Positions 1 to 12,844 of a DNA stretch of 64,000 nt are shown piece after piece (position 1 is the first letter of the stretch; each line of letters opens with the position of its first letter). Position numbers and translations under genes: made by a program. The stretch is from the NCBI GenBank assembly GCA_030704615.1, contig CM060732.1, positions 4,402,001 to 4,466,000 of the forward strand, in the 5' to 3' direction. Source of the DNA: Takakia lepidozioides (lineage: Eukaryota > Plantae > Bryophyta). Under the pieces are notes generated by a model, which worked only from the letters and a program-made list of their open reading frames with translations, did not search any database and had not been told where the DNA came from.

Positions 1-2385
1 ATTATGGTGGTCATTATATTTTAAATATATTAAAAAATCCAGCGACCGCCATACTATGGCAATCGCTTTAATTTTTTTTTTAAAAAAATACAGCGACTCC
101 CATAATATGGCGGTCACTTTATATTTAAAAAATAGTAATTTTTTTAAAAAACAATTCATTTCAGAAAATGCAGCGGCTGCCAGTAATGTCGGTCGTATTT
201 ATTATTTAAAATAGAGCGACCGCAATTATTGGCGGTCGCTTTTGTTTTTGTTTTTTTTAAATACAGAGACTGCCATTACTGGCGGTCGCTTGTATAATTT
301 TAATTAAAAAAAATGCAGCGACCGCCAGTAATGACGATCGCTTTTATTTTTTATTTTTTTAAATAGAGCGACCGCTATTATTGGTGGTCATTTAAAAAAT
401 AATAATAGACCGACCGCCATTATTGGCGGTCGCTTGTATATTTTTAGTTTCTAAGAATACAGTGACCGCCAGTTATGGCGGTCGCATTTTTTTAATAAAA
501 AAATAGATCGACCGCCATTATTGGCGGTCGATTTTATTTTTTAATTATTTTTAAATAGAGCGACGGCCTTTACTGACGGTCGCTTGTATATTTTTAGTCT
601 GTAAAAATGCTGTGACCGCCAGTTATGGCGGTCGTTTTTATTTTTTATTTTAAAAAAATAAAGTGACGGCCATTACTGGTGGTCGCTTGTATATTTTTAA
701 TTTTCTGAAAATGTTGCGACTACCAGTATTGGCGGGGGGTTTTTTTTTTTTAAAATTAAATTATATAATTAAATTATTATTAATTTAAATTATTTATTAA
801 TTTAATTTTTTTAAATAATACGACCGTCGTTACTGGCGGTCGCTTTTTTGTTGTTTTTTAAAAATGTAGTGACCGCCACCATGGCGGTCGCTTTTCTAAA
901 AGGTGTGCCTTACGCGTGGACCAAAGAATGAGAGGGGGGGGAGAGAGAGATAAGCCAAGGGAGACTCATTCTCCCCTCACTTCCTCTCCACACAACTTCT
1001 GTGCGACCGCCATTATTGGCGGTCGCTTTTGTTTATTATTTATTTTTAAATAGAGCGACGGCCATTACTAGCGATCACTTGTATATTTTTAATTTCTGAA
1101 AATGCTGCGACCACCAGTTATGCCGGTTGCTTTTATTTTTTAATTTCTTAAATAGAGCGACCGCCATTACTTGTAGTCGTTTGTATATTTATAATTTCCG
1201 AAAATATGGCGACTGTCAGTAATGGCGGTCGCTTTTGTTTTTTTTTGTTTTTTTTAATAGAGCGGCCGTCGTTACTGGCGGTCGCTTTTATTGTTTAATT
1301 TTTTAAATGTAGCGACCGCCATGAGGGCGGTCGTTTCTAGAAAGTGTGCCTTACGCGTGGACCAAGGAATGAAAAGGGGAGGGGGGGGGGCAGATAAGCC
1401 AAAGGAGGCTCATTCTCCCCTCACTTCCTCTCCACACAACTTATGTGCGACCGCCATTATTAGCGGTCGCTTTTGTTTTTGATTTATTTTTAAATTTAAC
1501 GACGGCCATTACTGACAGTCGCCTGTATATTTTTAATTTATGAAAATGCTGCGATCGCCAGTTATGGCGGTCGTTTTTTATTTTATTTTATTGCGATCGC
1601 CGTTACTGGTGGTCGCTTGTATATTTTTAATTTCTGAAAATGTTGCGACTGCCAGTTATGACGGTCGTTTTTTTTTTTTTTAATAGAGCGACCGTCATTA
1701 CCGGCGGTCGCTTTTATTGTTTAATTTTTTAAATAGAGCGACCGCCATTACTAGCGGTCGTTTTTTTTTTGTTTTTTAAAAATGTATCGACCGCCATGGT
1801 GGCAGTCGCTTCTAGAAGGTGTGTCTTACGTGTGGACCGAGGAATGACAAGTGGGGGTCAGATAAGCCAAGGGAGGCTCATTCTCCCCTCACTTCCTCTC
1901 CACACAACTTACGTGCGACTGCCATTATTGGCGGTCGCTTTTGTTTATTTATTTATTTATAAATAGAGCGACGGCCATTACTGGCGGTCGCTTGTATATT
2001 TGTAATTTCTGAAAATGTTGCAACTGCCAGTTGTGGCGGTCGTTTTTATTTTTCATTGCGACCGCCATTACTGGTGGTCGCTTATATATTTTTAATTTAT
2101 GAAAATGTTGCGACTGCCATTAATGGCGGTCATTTTATTATTATTTAATAGAGTGACCGTCGTTACTGGCGGTCGCTTTTATTGTTTAATTTTTTAAATA
2201 GAGCGACCGCCATTACTGGTAGTCGCTTTTTTGTTTGTTTTTTTAAATGTAGTGACCGCCATGGTGGCGGTTACTTCTAGAAGGTGTGCCTTACGCGTGG
2301 ACCGAGGAATGAGAGGGGGGTGGGGGCAGATATGCCAAGGGAGGCTCATTCTCCCCTCACTTCCTCTCCACACAACTTATGTGTG
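1..2385. repeat. Array of short palindromes (GCGACCGCC-N5-7-GGCGGTCGC) in AT-rich spacers, organised in ~440-480 bp higher-order units
   Basis: Dozens of gcgaccgcc...ggcggtcgc hairpins. A unique block (aggtgtgccttacgcgtggacc...ctcattctcccctcacttcctctccacacaactt) recurs at ~900, ~1343, ~1816 and ~2282. Probably DNA-transposon subterminal or foldback-type repeats; runs off the window start. Confidence 0.85.
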
Positions 2386-4309
2386 CATGACATGTAACTA
2401 TTCCACGACACGTACTCACGTGGAGAAGAAGGCCATTGGTTGGGGGGTTTTTTTTTGCCGCAATTTCTGTGAAGTCGTTGCAGATTGCTCCTATAGCCCG
2501 TCCTCTGGCTTCCGGGAACATTTCATTCTACAAAATTAGTTTTTAATAACTATTATGACACTTATTCAAACTCGTTTCGTCTTAAAGGTTTAGGGTCAAT
2601 TGTAATTTTTCGATCGAGATCGCAGTTCCTTAATTCTTAGTCATTTCTACGTTTGCTTCAGTAGTGTTTAACTTTCCGTTACTTATTAATAAACGTCGTT
2701 TAGGGTTGCTCCGATTGTTACAAAATGGACTGCCTCCTAAGAATGATGACGATGAGCGTCAGGGAAGAGATGACCCCTATGAACATGGACTGCCTCCTAA
2801 GAAAATCAAATGGTCAAGGCGTGACTTGAATTGGAAAGTATATGATGACCCTAGCATACTAGCAGAAGAGGGATGGGAGGATTTCCCGGAAGAGTTCAGG
2901 TGGCCGAGCACGAGATGCAAAAAATTCGTGAAATGGTGTCACATCAATCAATTGTGACCTAGACCTAGGCATGTGATGCAAACCAGAAACAATTGCGCGG
3001 ACTCCAGGTCTTGCATGAACTTGCATTTTCAGCATAGAGCGACTGAGGTGCATTGTACGTTGTGGGGTGAACCACTCTTAAAGGGCTAAATCTCGTACAC
3101 CTTGGCAGCCATGTTGTACGTGGAGGTAATACTGTTGCGTCCAGTGAATTGGCAACTACTAGTATGAGGAACGCAACGATGCAATACCATTTCGTCGACA
3201 TCCCGAACATGTTTGGAACACCCCCCAGTACGGATACTGGGCAAAAGGAGTGTAGGGGGTCCGCATCGGGCTAGTGCGCGAGGCCCCAGTACTCCAGGCT
3301 ATGATACTAGTGCGTGCAAACCATTATTTCGTCGACATCCCGAACATGTTTGGAACACCCCCAGCTACGATACTGGGCGTGCGCGAGGCCCCAGTACTCC
3401 AGGCTATGATACTAGGCGTGCCCGAGGCACCGGTGCAACAAGTATCTGGAACGTTAGAGGATGAACTGGTGGAAACAAAACAGCGAGTCCGAACCCTGCA
3501 GGACCTTGTGGTATAACAGACTGCGCATAGCCGAGTTGGAGGGTACATTGCAAAAAACGCCTCGAAACAATGAAGGTACTGTCCACAATAACGTTCGAAC
3601 GAACGACGTGGACATGTCCGCGGAGTTTATAATGCCAGATCGCAATATTGACCGCTTCATTGCCGGAATTACGGACGACTTTTGACCCTCGTCACGTCGT
3701 GAGATTCTGCAAGAAAGTCATCTTTCGCCGCAAAGTAAGCGGATGCTGGTCAGAATTGATCACATGTCATTGGGCCCATCATTGACCACGAGATCACGGT
3801 CCCAGGCTCTCCGTATTGGTAGTGCAAATCAGACCACAACATCACATCCCTTGTCCCCGGACAGTGACGACGAGGATTCGAATGAGTAGCAACGTAATAC
3901 ATAGACAATGTGGATTTTTGTTGTACCTTGAATTTCTGGAACACACTGATAGCACTCCGCCAATTTTGTATATGCACCAATTTTGTTAATACACATGTGC
4001 GGCACCTACAAATTTCAATTGCATGAACAACGTAACGGGTTTTCTTCCGGTTTTGCACTCATGTGATGTGGAAGAAGTGGTTCACCCTCAAATTTACAAT
4101 GGTATAATATTTGGTCATGACGTGTATGTGGGTATCTGCAATGAACTCCGAAAGATGGGCAACAAGGAAAATGGATGTTAACCAATAATGTATAACGAGT
4201 TACGAACGCTCGTCTTCCTGACAAATTTCGCCTAGTCTCGTATTTCATAATCATGTCGAAAATTCGATCTACGTATGAAGAACATACCCACAAAGTTAAC
4301 GAAACACAA

Positions 4310-7300
4310 TATAATTTTGATTGATCTCATATTACTCTGGGACCTGTCAGATGGTACATTGAACATACTGGCCAAGTCTCGAAGCGAACGAAATCATTTG
4401 GATAGGCAACCATCCGTTGGCCCATTGGACGAATTTCGTTTCATCTCATATTACTCTGGGACCTCTTAGATGGTACATCGAGCACACTAGCAAAGTCTGA
4501 AAACGAACCAAAATCGTTCAGATGGGCAACCATCCGTTCAGCCATCGAATGAATTTTGGATTGATTTCATATTAGTCCAGGACCTATGAGAAGGTGTACC
4601 AAACGTACTGGCAAAGTTTTTTTTTTTTTTAAATGATTTGGATGGGCAACCATCCGTTCAACCGTTGGATGAATTCCGTTTGATGTGCTATTACTCTCGG
4701 ACCTGTTGGACGGCATTTCGGGTGCACATGATTTTTTTTTCATTCCATTTTTTAGCCATATGTCTAATGACAGCATATGCGATGTGCATGCCAAATTTCA
4801 TAACGAACAAAAGTCATTAGGACCCAAAATCACAGTTTCTTCCCTAATTTGCACTCCGAACTTTGATTTGTTTTATAGTTCATGCACTCTTTATAGAGAG
4901 TTTTGCAATAGTGACCAAAGTGAACACTTAAAAAAAAAAAAACATTTTTGTTTGGTCCAAAATTTTGCAAGGATGTAGCAGTGGGAAGGTAGAAGCAAGA
5001 GAACAAGATTGAGCAAAAAATAAAATTGTTACAGAGCAGAAAACCCCAATCAAAGACAATGTAAACCTATTTATTTGCTTGAAATTCATTTAAATTCAAT
5101 TTAATTGAAAATTGGTGGAAGGGCGAGGGCGTAGTTTGGGAGGCAAATGTTTGTTTCTTCTATTGGTTCTCCGCACATGTGTTGCACACATATTCAAGCA
5201 CTTGCGGGCAAAAGATGCGCCTCAACATCATCCGTTCAATGGGTGCATTGGATGTCCACCCATGACATGATTTCTTTTTCGCAATGAAACAAAATGGATG
5301 ACACATGAATGCCGCATTGGCCCATTGAATGAATTTTGATTGATTTCATATTACTATGGGACCTATCAGATGGTACATTGGACATACTGGCCAAGTCTCG
5401 AAGCGAACGAAAATCATTTGGATGGGCAACGATCTGTTGGGCCATTTGACGAATTTCGTTTCATCTCATATTACTCTTGGACCTTTTACATGGTACATTG
5501 AGCACACTGGCAAAGTCTGAAAGCGAACCAAAATTATTCGGATGGGCAACCATCCGTTCAGGCATCGAATGAATTTTGATTGATCTCATATTAGTCCGAG
5601 ACCTGTGAGAGGGTGTACCGAACGTACTGACAAAGTATGAAAGCAAACAAAAATGATTTGGATGGGCAACCATCCGTTCAACCGTTGGATGAATTTCGTT
5701 TGATGTGCTATTACTCTGGGACCTGTTGGACGGCTTTTTGGGTGCACATGATTGTTTTTCATTCCGTTTTTTCAGCCATGTCTAATGACGGCATATGCAA
5801 CATGCGTGCCAAATTTCATAGCGAACAAAGTTATTAAGACCCAAAACCACAGTTGCTTCCCTAATTTGCACTCCAAACTTGATTTGACTTCTACCTCATG
5901 CACTCTTCATAGAGAGTTCTGCAATAGTGAACGAAGATGACATTTTTAGAAATTTTCATTTTTGTTTGGTCCAAAGTTTTGCAAGGATGTAGCGGTGGGA
6001 GGGTTGAATCCAAAGAACAAGATTGAGCCAAAAATAAATTGTTACGTAGCAGGAAACCCCAATCAAAGACAACGTAGACCTATTTATTTGCTTGAAATTT
6101 ATTTAAACTCAATTTAATTGCAAATTGGTGGAATGGCGAGGGCGTGGTTGGGGAGGCAAATCGTCAGTGACGTCACGTCACGTCGGACCTGACGCTGACG
6201 CGACCAACGTCACGTCAATTTTGCCGAAAAATCAGTAAAACATGAGTTAGGTGAAAAATATGTCACGTAGGTGGACACGATGTATTCCAAGCGACACCTT
6301 GGCAAGTGAATGAATTGTTTTATAAATTACTCCATCCGCCAATAGTTGAGGCCATTTTCAAATGATTATTCTTAAATTGGTGCGACCTCCAAATGGTGGT
6401 GGTCGCAGAATTTATCTTATTTTTTCATCGTTACGAAAATAGAAAATTTCTGCGACCACCACCATGCTGGTGGTCGCACACCTATTAAAAAAAATAAAAT
6501 GTTGGGACCACCCCCATGTTCGTGGACACAGAGATTTATTTTATTTTATTTTATTTTTTATTTTTTAAAAATAATTCTTCGACCATTCCCTTGTTGGTGG
6601 TCGCACCTATTAAAAAAACAGAAAAATGCTGCGACCACCCCCATGCTGGTGGTCGCAGATATTAAAAAATAGAAAAATGTTGCGACCACCCCCTTGATGG
6701 TGGTCGCACCTACAAAATAAAATAAAAATTGTGCGACCACGAGTAGCGGTGGTCGCAACTGTTTAAGAAAAGAAAAAAATGCGACCACCCCTGCTGGTGG
6801 TCGCATCTGTTTTTAAAAAACAAAAAATGATGCGACAACCCCTCTGCTAGTGTTGCTTCTATTGTTTCTCCGCACATATGTTGCACACATATTCCAGTTT
6901 ATGCGGGCAAAAGATGGGCCTCAACCTCATCCGTTCAATGGGTGTATTGGCCGTTCATCCATGACATGATTGTTTTTTCGCAATGAACAAAATTGGATGA
7001 CATGTGAACGCCTCATTGGGCTATTGAGCAAATTTAGATTGATTTCATATTACACTGGGACCTGTCAGATGGTACATTGAACATACTGGCCAAGTCTCGA
7101 AGCGAACAAAAATCATTTGGATAGGCAACCATCCGTTGGTCCATTGGACGAATTTCATTTCATCTCATATTACTCTAGGACCTCTTAGATAGTACATTGA
7201 GCACACTGGCAAAGTCTGAAAGCGAACCAAAATTGTTCGGATGTGCAACCATCTGTTCAGCCATCGAATGAATTTCGATTGATCTCATATTAGTCCGGGA

Positions 7301-9625
7301 CCTGTGAGAGGGTGTACCGAACGTACTGACAAAGTTTGAAAGCAAACAAAAATGATTTGGATGGGCAACCATCCGTTCAACCGTTGGATGAATTTCATTT
7401 GATGTGCTATTACTCTCGGACCTGATGGACGGCGCACATGATTTTTTTTCATTCCATTTTTCCAGCCATGTCTAATGACGACATATGCAAGGTGCGTGCC
7501 AAATTTCATAGCGAACAAAAATCATTAAGACCCAAAACCACAGTTTCTTCCCTAATTTGCACTCCAAACTTGATTTGTCTTCTATTTCATACACTCTTCA
7601 TAGAGAGTTGTGTAAGAGAGAGCGAAGAGAACACTTTTAGAAAATTTTCATTTTTGGTGGTCCAAATTTTGTAGGGATGTAGCGGTGGGAGGGTTGAAGC
7701 CGGAAAACAAGATTAAGCCAAAAATAAAACCGTTACGGAGCAGAAAATCCCAATCAAAGACAATGTAAACCTATTTATTTGCTTGAAATTCACTTAAACG
7801 TAATTTAGTTGTAAATTGGTGGAAAGGCTAGGGCATGGTTGGGGAGGCAAATGTTTGTTGTTTCTCTTGTTGCTCCGCATATGTGTTGCACACATATTCA
7901 AGCACATGCGGGCAAAAGATGGGCCTCAACCTCTTCCGTTCAATGGGTGTATTGGCCGTTCACTCATGACAGGATTTTTTTTTCGCAATGAACAAAATTG
8001 GATGACACATGAACGCCTCATTGGCCCATTGAATGAATTTCGATTGATCTCATATTACTCTGGGACGTGCCAGATGGTACATTGGACATATTGGCCAAGT
8101 CTCGAAGCGAACGAAAATCATTTGGATGGGCAACGATCTGTTGGCCCATTTGACAAATTTAATTTCATCTCATATTACTCTGGGACCTCTTATATGGTAC
8201 ATTGAGCACACTGGCAAAGTCTGAAAGCGAACCAAAATTGTTCGGATGGGCAACCATCCGTTCAACCATCGAAAAATGATTGGATGGATAACCATCCGTT
8301 CAACCGTTGGATGAATTTCGTTTGATGTGCTATTACTCTAGGACCTGTTGGACGGCGTTTCGGGTGCACATGATTTTTTTTTCATTCCATTTTTCTAGCC
8401 ATATGTCTAATGACGGCATATGCAACGTGCGTGCCAAATTTCATAGCGAACAAATGTCACTAGGACCCAAAACCACAATTTATTCCCTAATTTGCACTCC
8501 AAACTTGATTTAACTTCTACTTCATGCACTCTTCATAGAGAGTTTAGCAATAGTGAGCGAAGAGGACACTTTTAGAAATTGTCATTTTTGTTTGGTCCAA
8601 AGTTTTGCAAGGATGTAACAGTGGGAGAGTTGTCAGAGAACAAGATTGAGCCAAAAATAAAATTGTTACGTAGCAGGAAACCCCAATCAAAGACAGTGTA
8701 AACCTATTTATTTGCTTGAAATATATTTAAACTCAATTTAATTGTAAATTGGTGGAAGGGCGAGGGCGTGGTTGGGGAGGCAAATGTTTGTTGCTTCTCT
8801 TGTTTCTCCGCACAAGCATATGTGGGCAAAAGATGGGCCTCAACCTCATCCGTTCAATGGGTGCATAACCCGTTCACCCACGACAGGATTTCTTTATCGC
8901 AATGAACAAAATTGAATGACACGTGAACGCCTCATTGGCCCATTGAACGAATTTCGATTGATCTCATATTACTCTGGAACCTCTTGAACACACTTGCAAA
9001 GTCTGAAAGCGAACCAGAATCATTTGGATGGGCAACCATCTGTTCAGCCATCTAATGAATTTTGTTTTATCTCATATTAGTCCGGGACCTGATACATGGT
9101 ATGTTGAACATAGTGGCAAAGTTTGAAAGCAAACAAAAATCATTTGGATGGTCAACCATTCGACTGCCATTCTTTTTCGCAATGAGCCAAACTTCATGAT
9201 AGGTGAACGCGTCGTTGGCCCATTGAACGAATTTCGTTTCATCTTATATTACGCATGGACCTGTGAGACGTTAAACTGAATACGTTGCGGAAGTTTCGAA
9301 GTGAACAAAAATCATTTGGATGGGCATCTATCCGTTGGCCCATCAAACAAATTTCGTTTCATCTCATATTACATTGGGACCCGTCTTATGGTATATTGAA
9401 CATACTGGCAAAGTTTGAAAGCAAACCAAACTCATCTGGATGGGCAACCGTCCGTTGGGCTATTGAACGAATTTCGATTGATGTCATACTCCTACGGGAC
9501 CTGTGAGACGGCGTACTGAACATACCGGCAAAATTTGAAAGGAAACAAAAATCATTCAGATGGCCAACCATCTGTTGTCCAATCGAATGAATTTCGTTTC
9601 ATCTCGTATGACTCCTGGACCTGTT
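4310..9625. repeat. Higher-order satellite: ~1.0-kb units, each with several ~120-bp subrepeats plus a unique block; about 5 copies
   Basis: Unit start (ttgatctcatattactctgggacctgtcagatggtacattg) recurs at ~4321, ~5340, ~7040, ~8044 and ~8957. The ~120-bp subunit contains ggatgggcaaccatccgtt. Confidence 0.9.
6162..6850. mobile_element. ~690-bp insertion in one satellite unit; transposon-end-like fragment with ACGT-rich tip and GCGACCACC..GGTGGTCGC palindromes
   Basis: The satellite reads gggaggcaaatgtttgttgcttct in other units. Here it breaks after gggaggcaaat (6161) and resumes at tgttgcttct (~6851). Confidence 0.7.
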
Positions 9626-9975
9626 GGGATAAGCCACACGGTGGCAATGACAATTGGAGATCGAAGGGAGGGCCTTCGCACGCCAGGGCGGCACCCGGTG
9701 CTCCGAAAGGAAAAATAGGTGCGACGGCACACGACTGGCAGAAGGCGACCTTTGATGGGGTGTACTTTAATTGCGGAGAGACTAGGCCCATTGTTCCGTT
9801 TTCCTAAGGCAAGGATGGAATGGGCTCAGAAAATTGTAACGAAACCCCGACAGTTGAACATGACAACGGTGACCACGGAGCTTTCTGAAGACTCCATCAA
9901 CCGCTTGGTGGAGGCAGTGGTCGCCAAGATTTTGCAAGGTAGACGACTACATGTGTGAGCTGTTCCAAGAGGCTG
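9625..9975 (+). pseudogene. Possible degenerate retrotransposon gag fragment (zinc-knuckle remnant)
   Basis: GVYFNCGETRP..P resembles a decayed CFNCGxxGHxxxxCP knuckle, preceded by a Gly/Arg-rich stretch. Confidence 0.35.
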
Positions 9976-9980
9976 GAGCA

Positions 9981-10160
9981 TCACGTAGCGGAAGCCGCTT
10001 CATGTTCATAAGTAGCAAAATTTTCGAAACTATCGTATCGTTGTCGTATAGGCGGTCGATTCATTTTAAATCACGTAGCGGAAGCCGCTTCATGTTCATA
10101 AGTAGCAAAATTTTCGAAACTATCGTATCGTTGTCGTATAGGCGGTCGATTCATTTTAAA
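9981..10160. repeat. Exact 90-bp tandem duplication
   Basis: 9981-10070 is identical to 10071-10160 (tcacgtagcggaagcc...tcattttaaa). Confidence 0.95.
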
Positions 10161-10164
10161 AAAA

Positions 10165-11550
10165 GACAAAAAGAGGCGATCATTATTGGGCGGTCGCATC
10201 ATCTTTTATAAATACCAAAAAGAGCGACCACCATATGGTGGTCGTTTCATTTAAAACAAATTCCTAAAAGAGCGACCGCCGTATTGGCGGTCGCTTCAGT
10301 TTTTTTAAAAGCGAGAAAGAGCGACCGCCATCGGGCGGTCGCTTCATTTTTTTAAGAAATTAAAAATAATTTTTTTTAAATTTAAAAAAAAAAGGAGCAA
10401 CGATGGCGGTCGCTTCATTTTTTTAAGAAATTAAAAATATTTTTTTTTTAAATTTAAAAAAAAAAGGAGCAACCGCTGTATTGGCGGTCGCTTCACTTTC
10501 TTAAAAAGCGAAGAAGAGCGACCGCCGTATGGCGATCGCTTCATTTTTTTATTATTAAAAAACTTATTTAATTTATTAATTTATTTAAAAAAAACCTTAA
10601 ATGAGCGACCGTCGTACTGGCGGTCGCTTCAGTTTTTTAAAAAGCGAAAAAGAGCGACCCCCATATGGCGGTCGCTTCATTTTTAAAATAAATAAACGAA
10701 ATGAGCGACCACCGTAGTGGCGGTCGCTTCATTTTTTATAAAAAAAGAAAAGAGCGACCGCCGCATTGGCGGTCCCTTCATTATTTAAAAAAACAAAAAA
10801 GAGCGACCGCCGTATTGGCGGTTGTTTCATATATATATTTTTAAAAAGAGCGATTACCGTAGTTGCAGTCGCTTCATTTAAATTTCTTAAAAAAAAGAGC
10901 CACTGCCGCTAAATTTAAAAAAACAAAACTAGCGACCGCCATTTGGCGATCCGCTGCATTTTTAAAAAAAAATTAAAGAAGCGACGGTTTGGCGGTCGTT
11001 TCATTTTAGAATAAAAATAAAAATATGCGACGGCCGGCGAATGGCGGTCGCTGTTTTTTTTTAAATATTTTTTAAACTGCGAACGACTTCCAATCCGGGC
11101 GGTCGCTTAATTTTGAAAACTAATAATTTTCAAGCGACCGCCAATATAGGCCGTTGCTTAATTTAAACTATAATAAATTGCAAGTGACCGCCAATATTGG
11201 CGGTCGCTCCATTTAAAACTTCATAAATTACCGGCAACCGCCAATATAGACCGTCGCTTAATTTAATAAAATATTAAATTATAAGCGACCGCCAATATGG
11301 GTGGCCGCTTGATTTAAAAAATAATAACTTGTAAGCGTCCGTATTTTTGGGCGGAGGTATGTTTTAAAATAAATTTTAATAATTGGCCACGTCTATTTCA
11401 CACCGTGGCTGCCATGTCATTACAAGAGGTAGAAGTAAATCGTAAAAGTCAAATATTAAAAAACAAATACTTGGATAAACGTCTGGATTCGACGTGATGT
11501 GACGCACGTCCGACGTGACGTCTGACGTGTCCGGGCCACGTTATGTCAGG
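10165..11550. repeat. Second GCGACCGCC/GGCGGTCGC palindrome array ending in an ACGT-rich tip
   Basis: Same palindrome core as 1-2385. The tip at 11490-11530 (gtccgacgtgacgt) is the reverse complement of acgtcacgtcggac at ~6175-6188. Confidence 0.85.
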
Positions 11551-12844
11551 AATGATAACTAGGGCAGATGTTACACATTAAATCTTATGGACTGAAAAAA
11601 CATCATGTACACTCATACACTGGCACAAACGAAAACACACTAGGGGTTCCATTTTTAAATCCAACCCAAATCCATTTTTATATGGACTAGTTATCTTAGG
11701 AATTGAGAGCTATGGACTATTTTGCACACAAAAACATGTTGATTTGCTCTAGTCCATAGCATCTTATGTTTTGGGTTTTTGAGGTGTCGTCTTTTTAAAG
11801 ATTAAAAACAATCCTGCAACTGCCCTCAAAGAAGAACTTCGCTTCAGAGGAAGCCATCTTGCCTCCTCTCGTACGAAGATGCCTTGCTATCGCAGCTCTT
11901 CAGTGAAATCTGTTGACTGAGGTTTCCAAAACACTGTTGAAGAATGAGCAGAGAATATCGCGGAGAAAGTATACACGATGATTGTGCACATTCTGTTAGT
12001 CCTTGCCTCTGGCAAGTTCTTCCAGACATGCAACCGTCTATTTTAATTACTTTTTTTATGGGCCTTGTAGACAGAGTACCCTAGGAGCAATTTCGGTAGC
12101 TGTTAAAACTTTATTCAGAACCTCATCAATTAACATAATAACCAGCCGACTTCTCAGAAGTGTGCCAAAGGATCTGAGGGTGGGATAGCAAATGAAGTAA
12201 ATGCATCTTTATAACAGTATCATTGATCACGCGCACCTGGAAAGTCCAAATTGTGAAACGAACGTGGGGTGGGCTTACAAGGATGAATGTGTATGATATC
12301 CAGAAATTTGTCATCAAACACTCGTTCATTTACATTTATTTGTCTGAGATTGTGCGCCAGATGGCCCCATATTTTTTATTCCATAGTGTCATGGTTCTGA
12401 TGGCATAGGCATTGTCTGAGGCTGAGCAGTCAAACTAGCTAATTTTTTTTATATGCAATGTTATATTCAACTATAATATCTGTCGCTGTTATATTCAATT
12501 ATTGAAACCGTTCAAATAAACGTCACGCCGTTCATTTTGGGCGACACACGTCAGACATCGATAACTACATTGCAGACGAACAGCTGTCCACTAATGGCTG
12601 GCAGGTGCACTAATAAGGGAATGACATTTGTGTAACGGTCACGCAAGAGGGAATCCGATGCTTCTAGAGACAATCCCCAATGCACGCAACTCTGTAAGAA
12701 ATCGAGAATCACTTTGTCTTTCTTGTTTCCGTACTTAGAGGGAGAGAGGTAGTCAAGCTGGAGAGGGTTCCTTCTACGATACGAAAAAAAAGGAAGTCAC
12801 TTTATTTTACTTCCCTTAGAGAGAGACTCAGAGCAAGAGAGCAA

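Noticed and set aside
1-2385. CRISPR-like appearance (palindromic repeats with spacers), also at 10165-11350 and 13221-14150
   Set aside because: Repeats are degenerate, spacers are low-complexity or irregular, there are no cas genes, and the context is eukaryotic.
2588-2708. TTTAGGG telomere-like motifs
   Set aside because: Only isolated single copies, not an array.
4275-9571. Numerous short similar ORFs (MVAHPN..., DGQPSV...)
   Set aside because: Translations of satellite monomers with no consistent frame.
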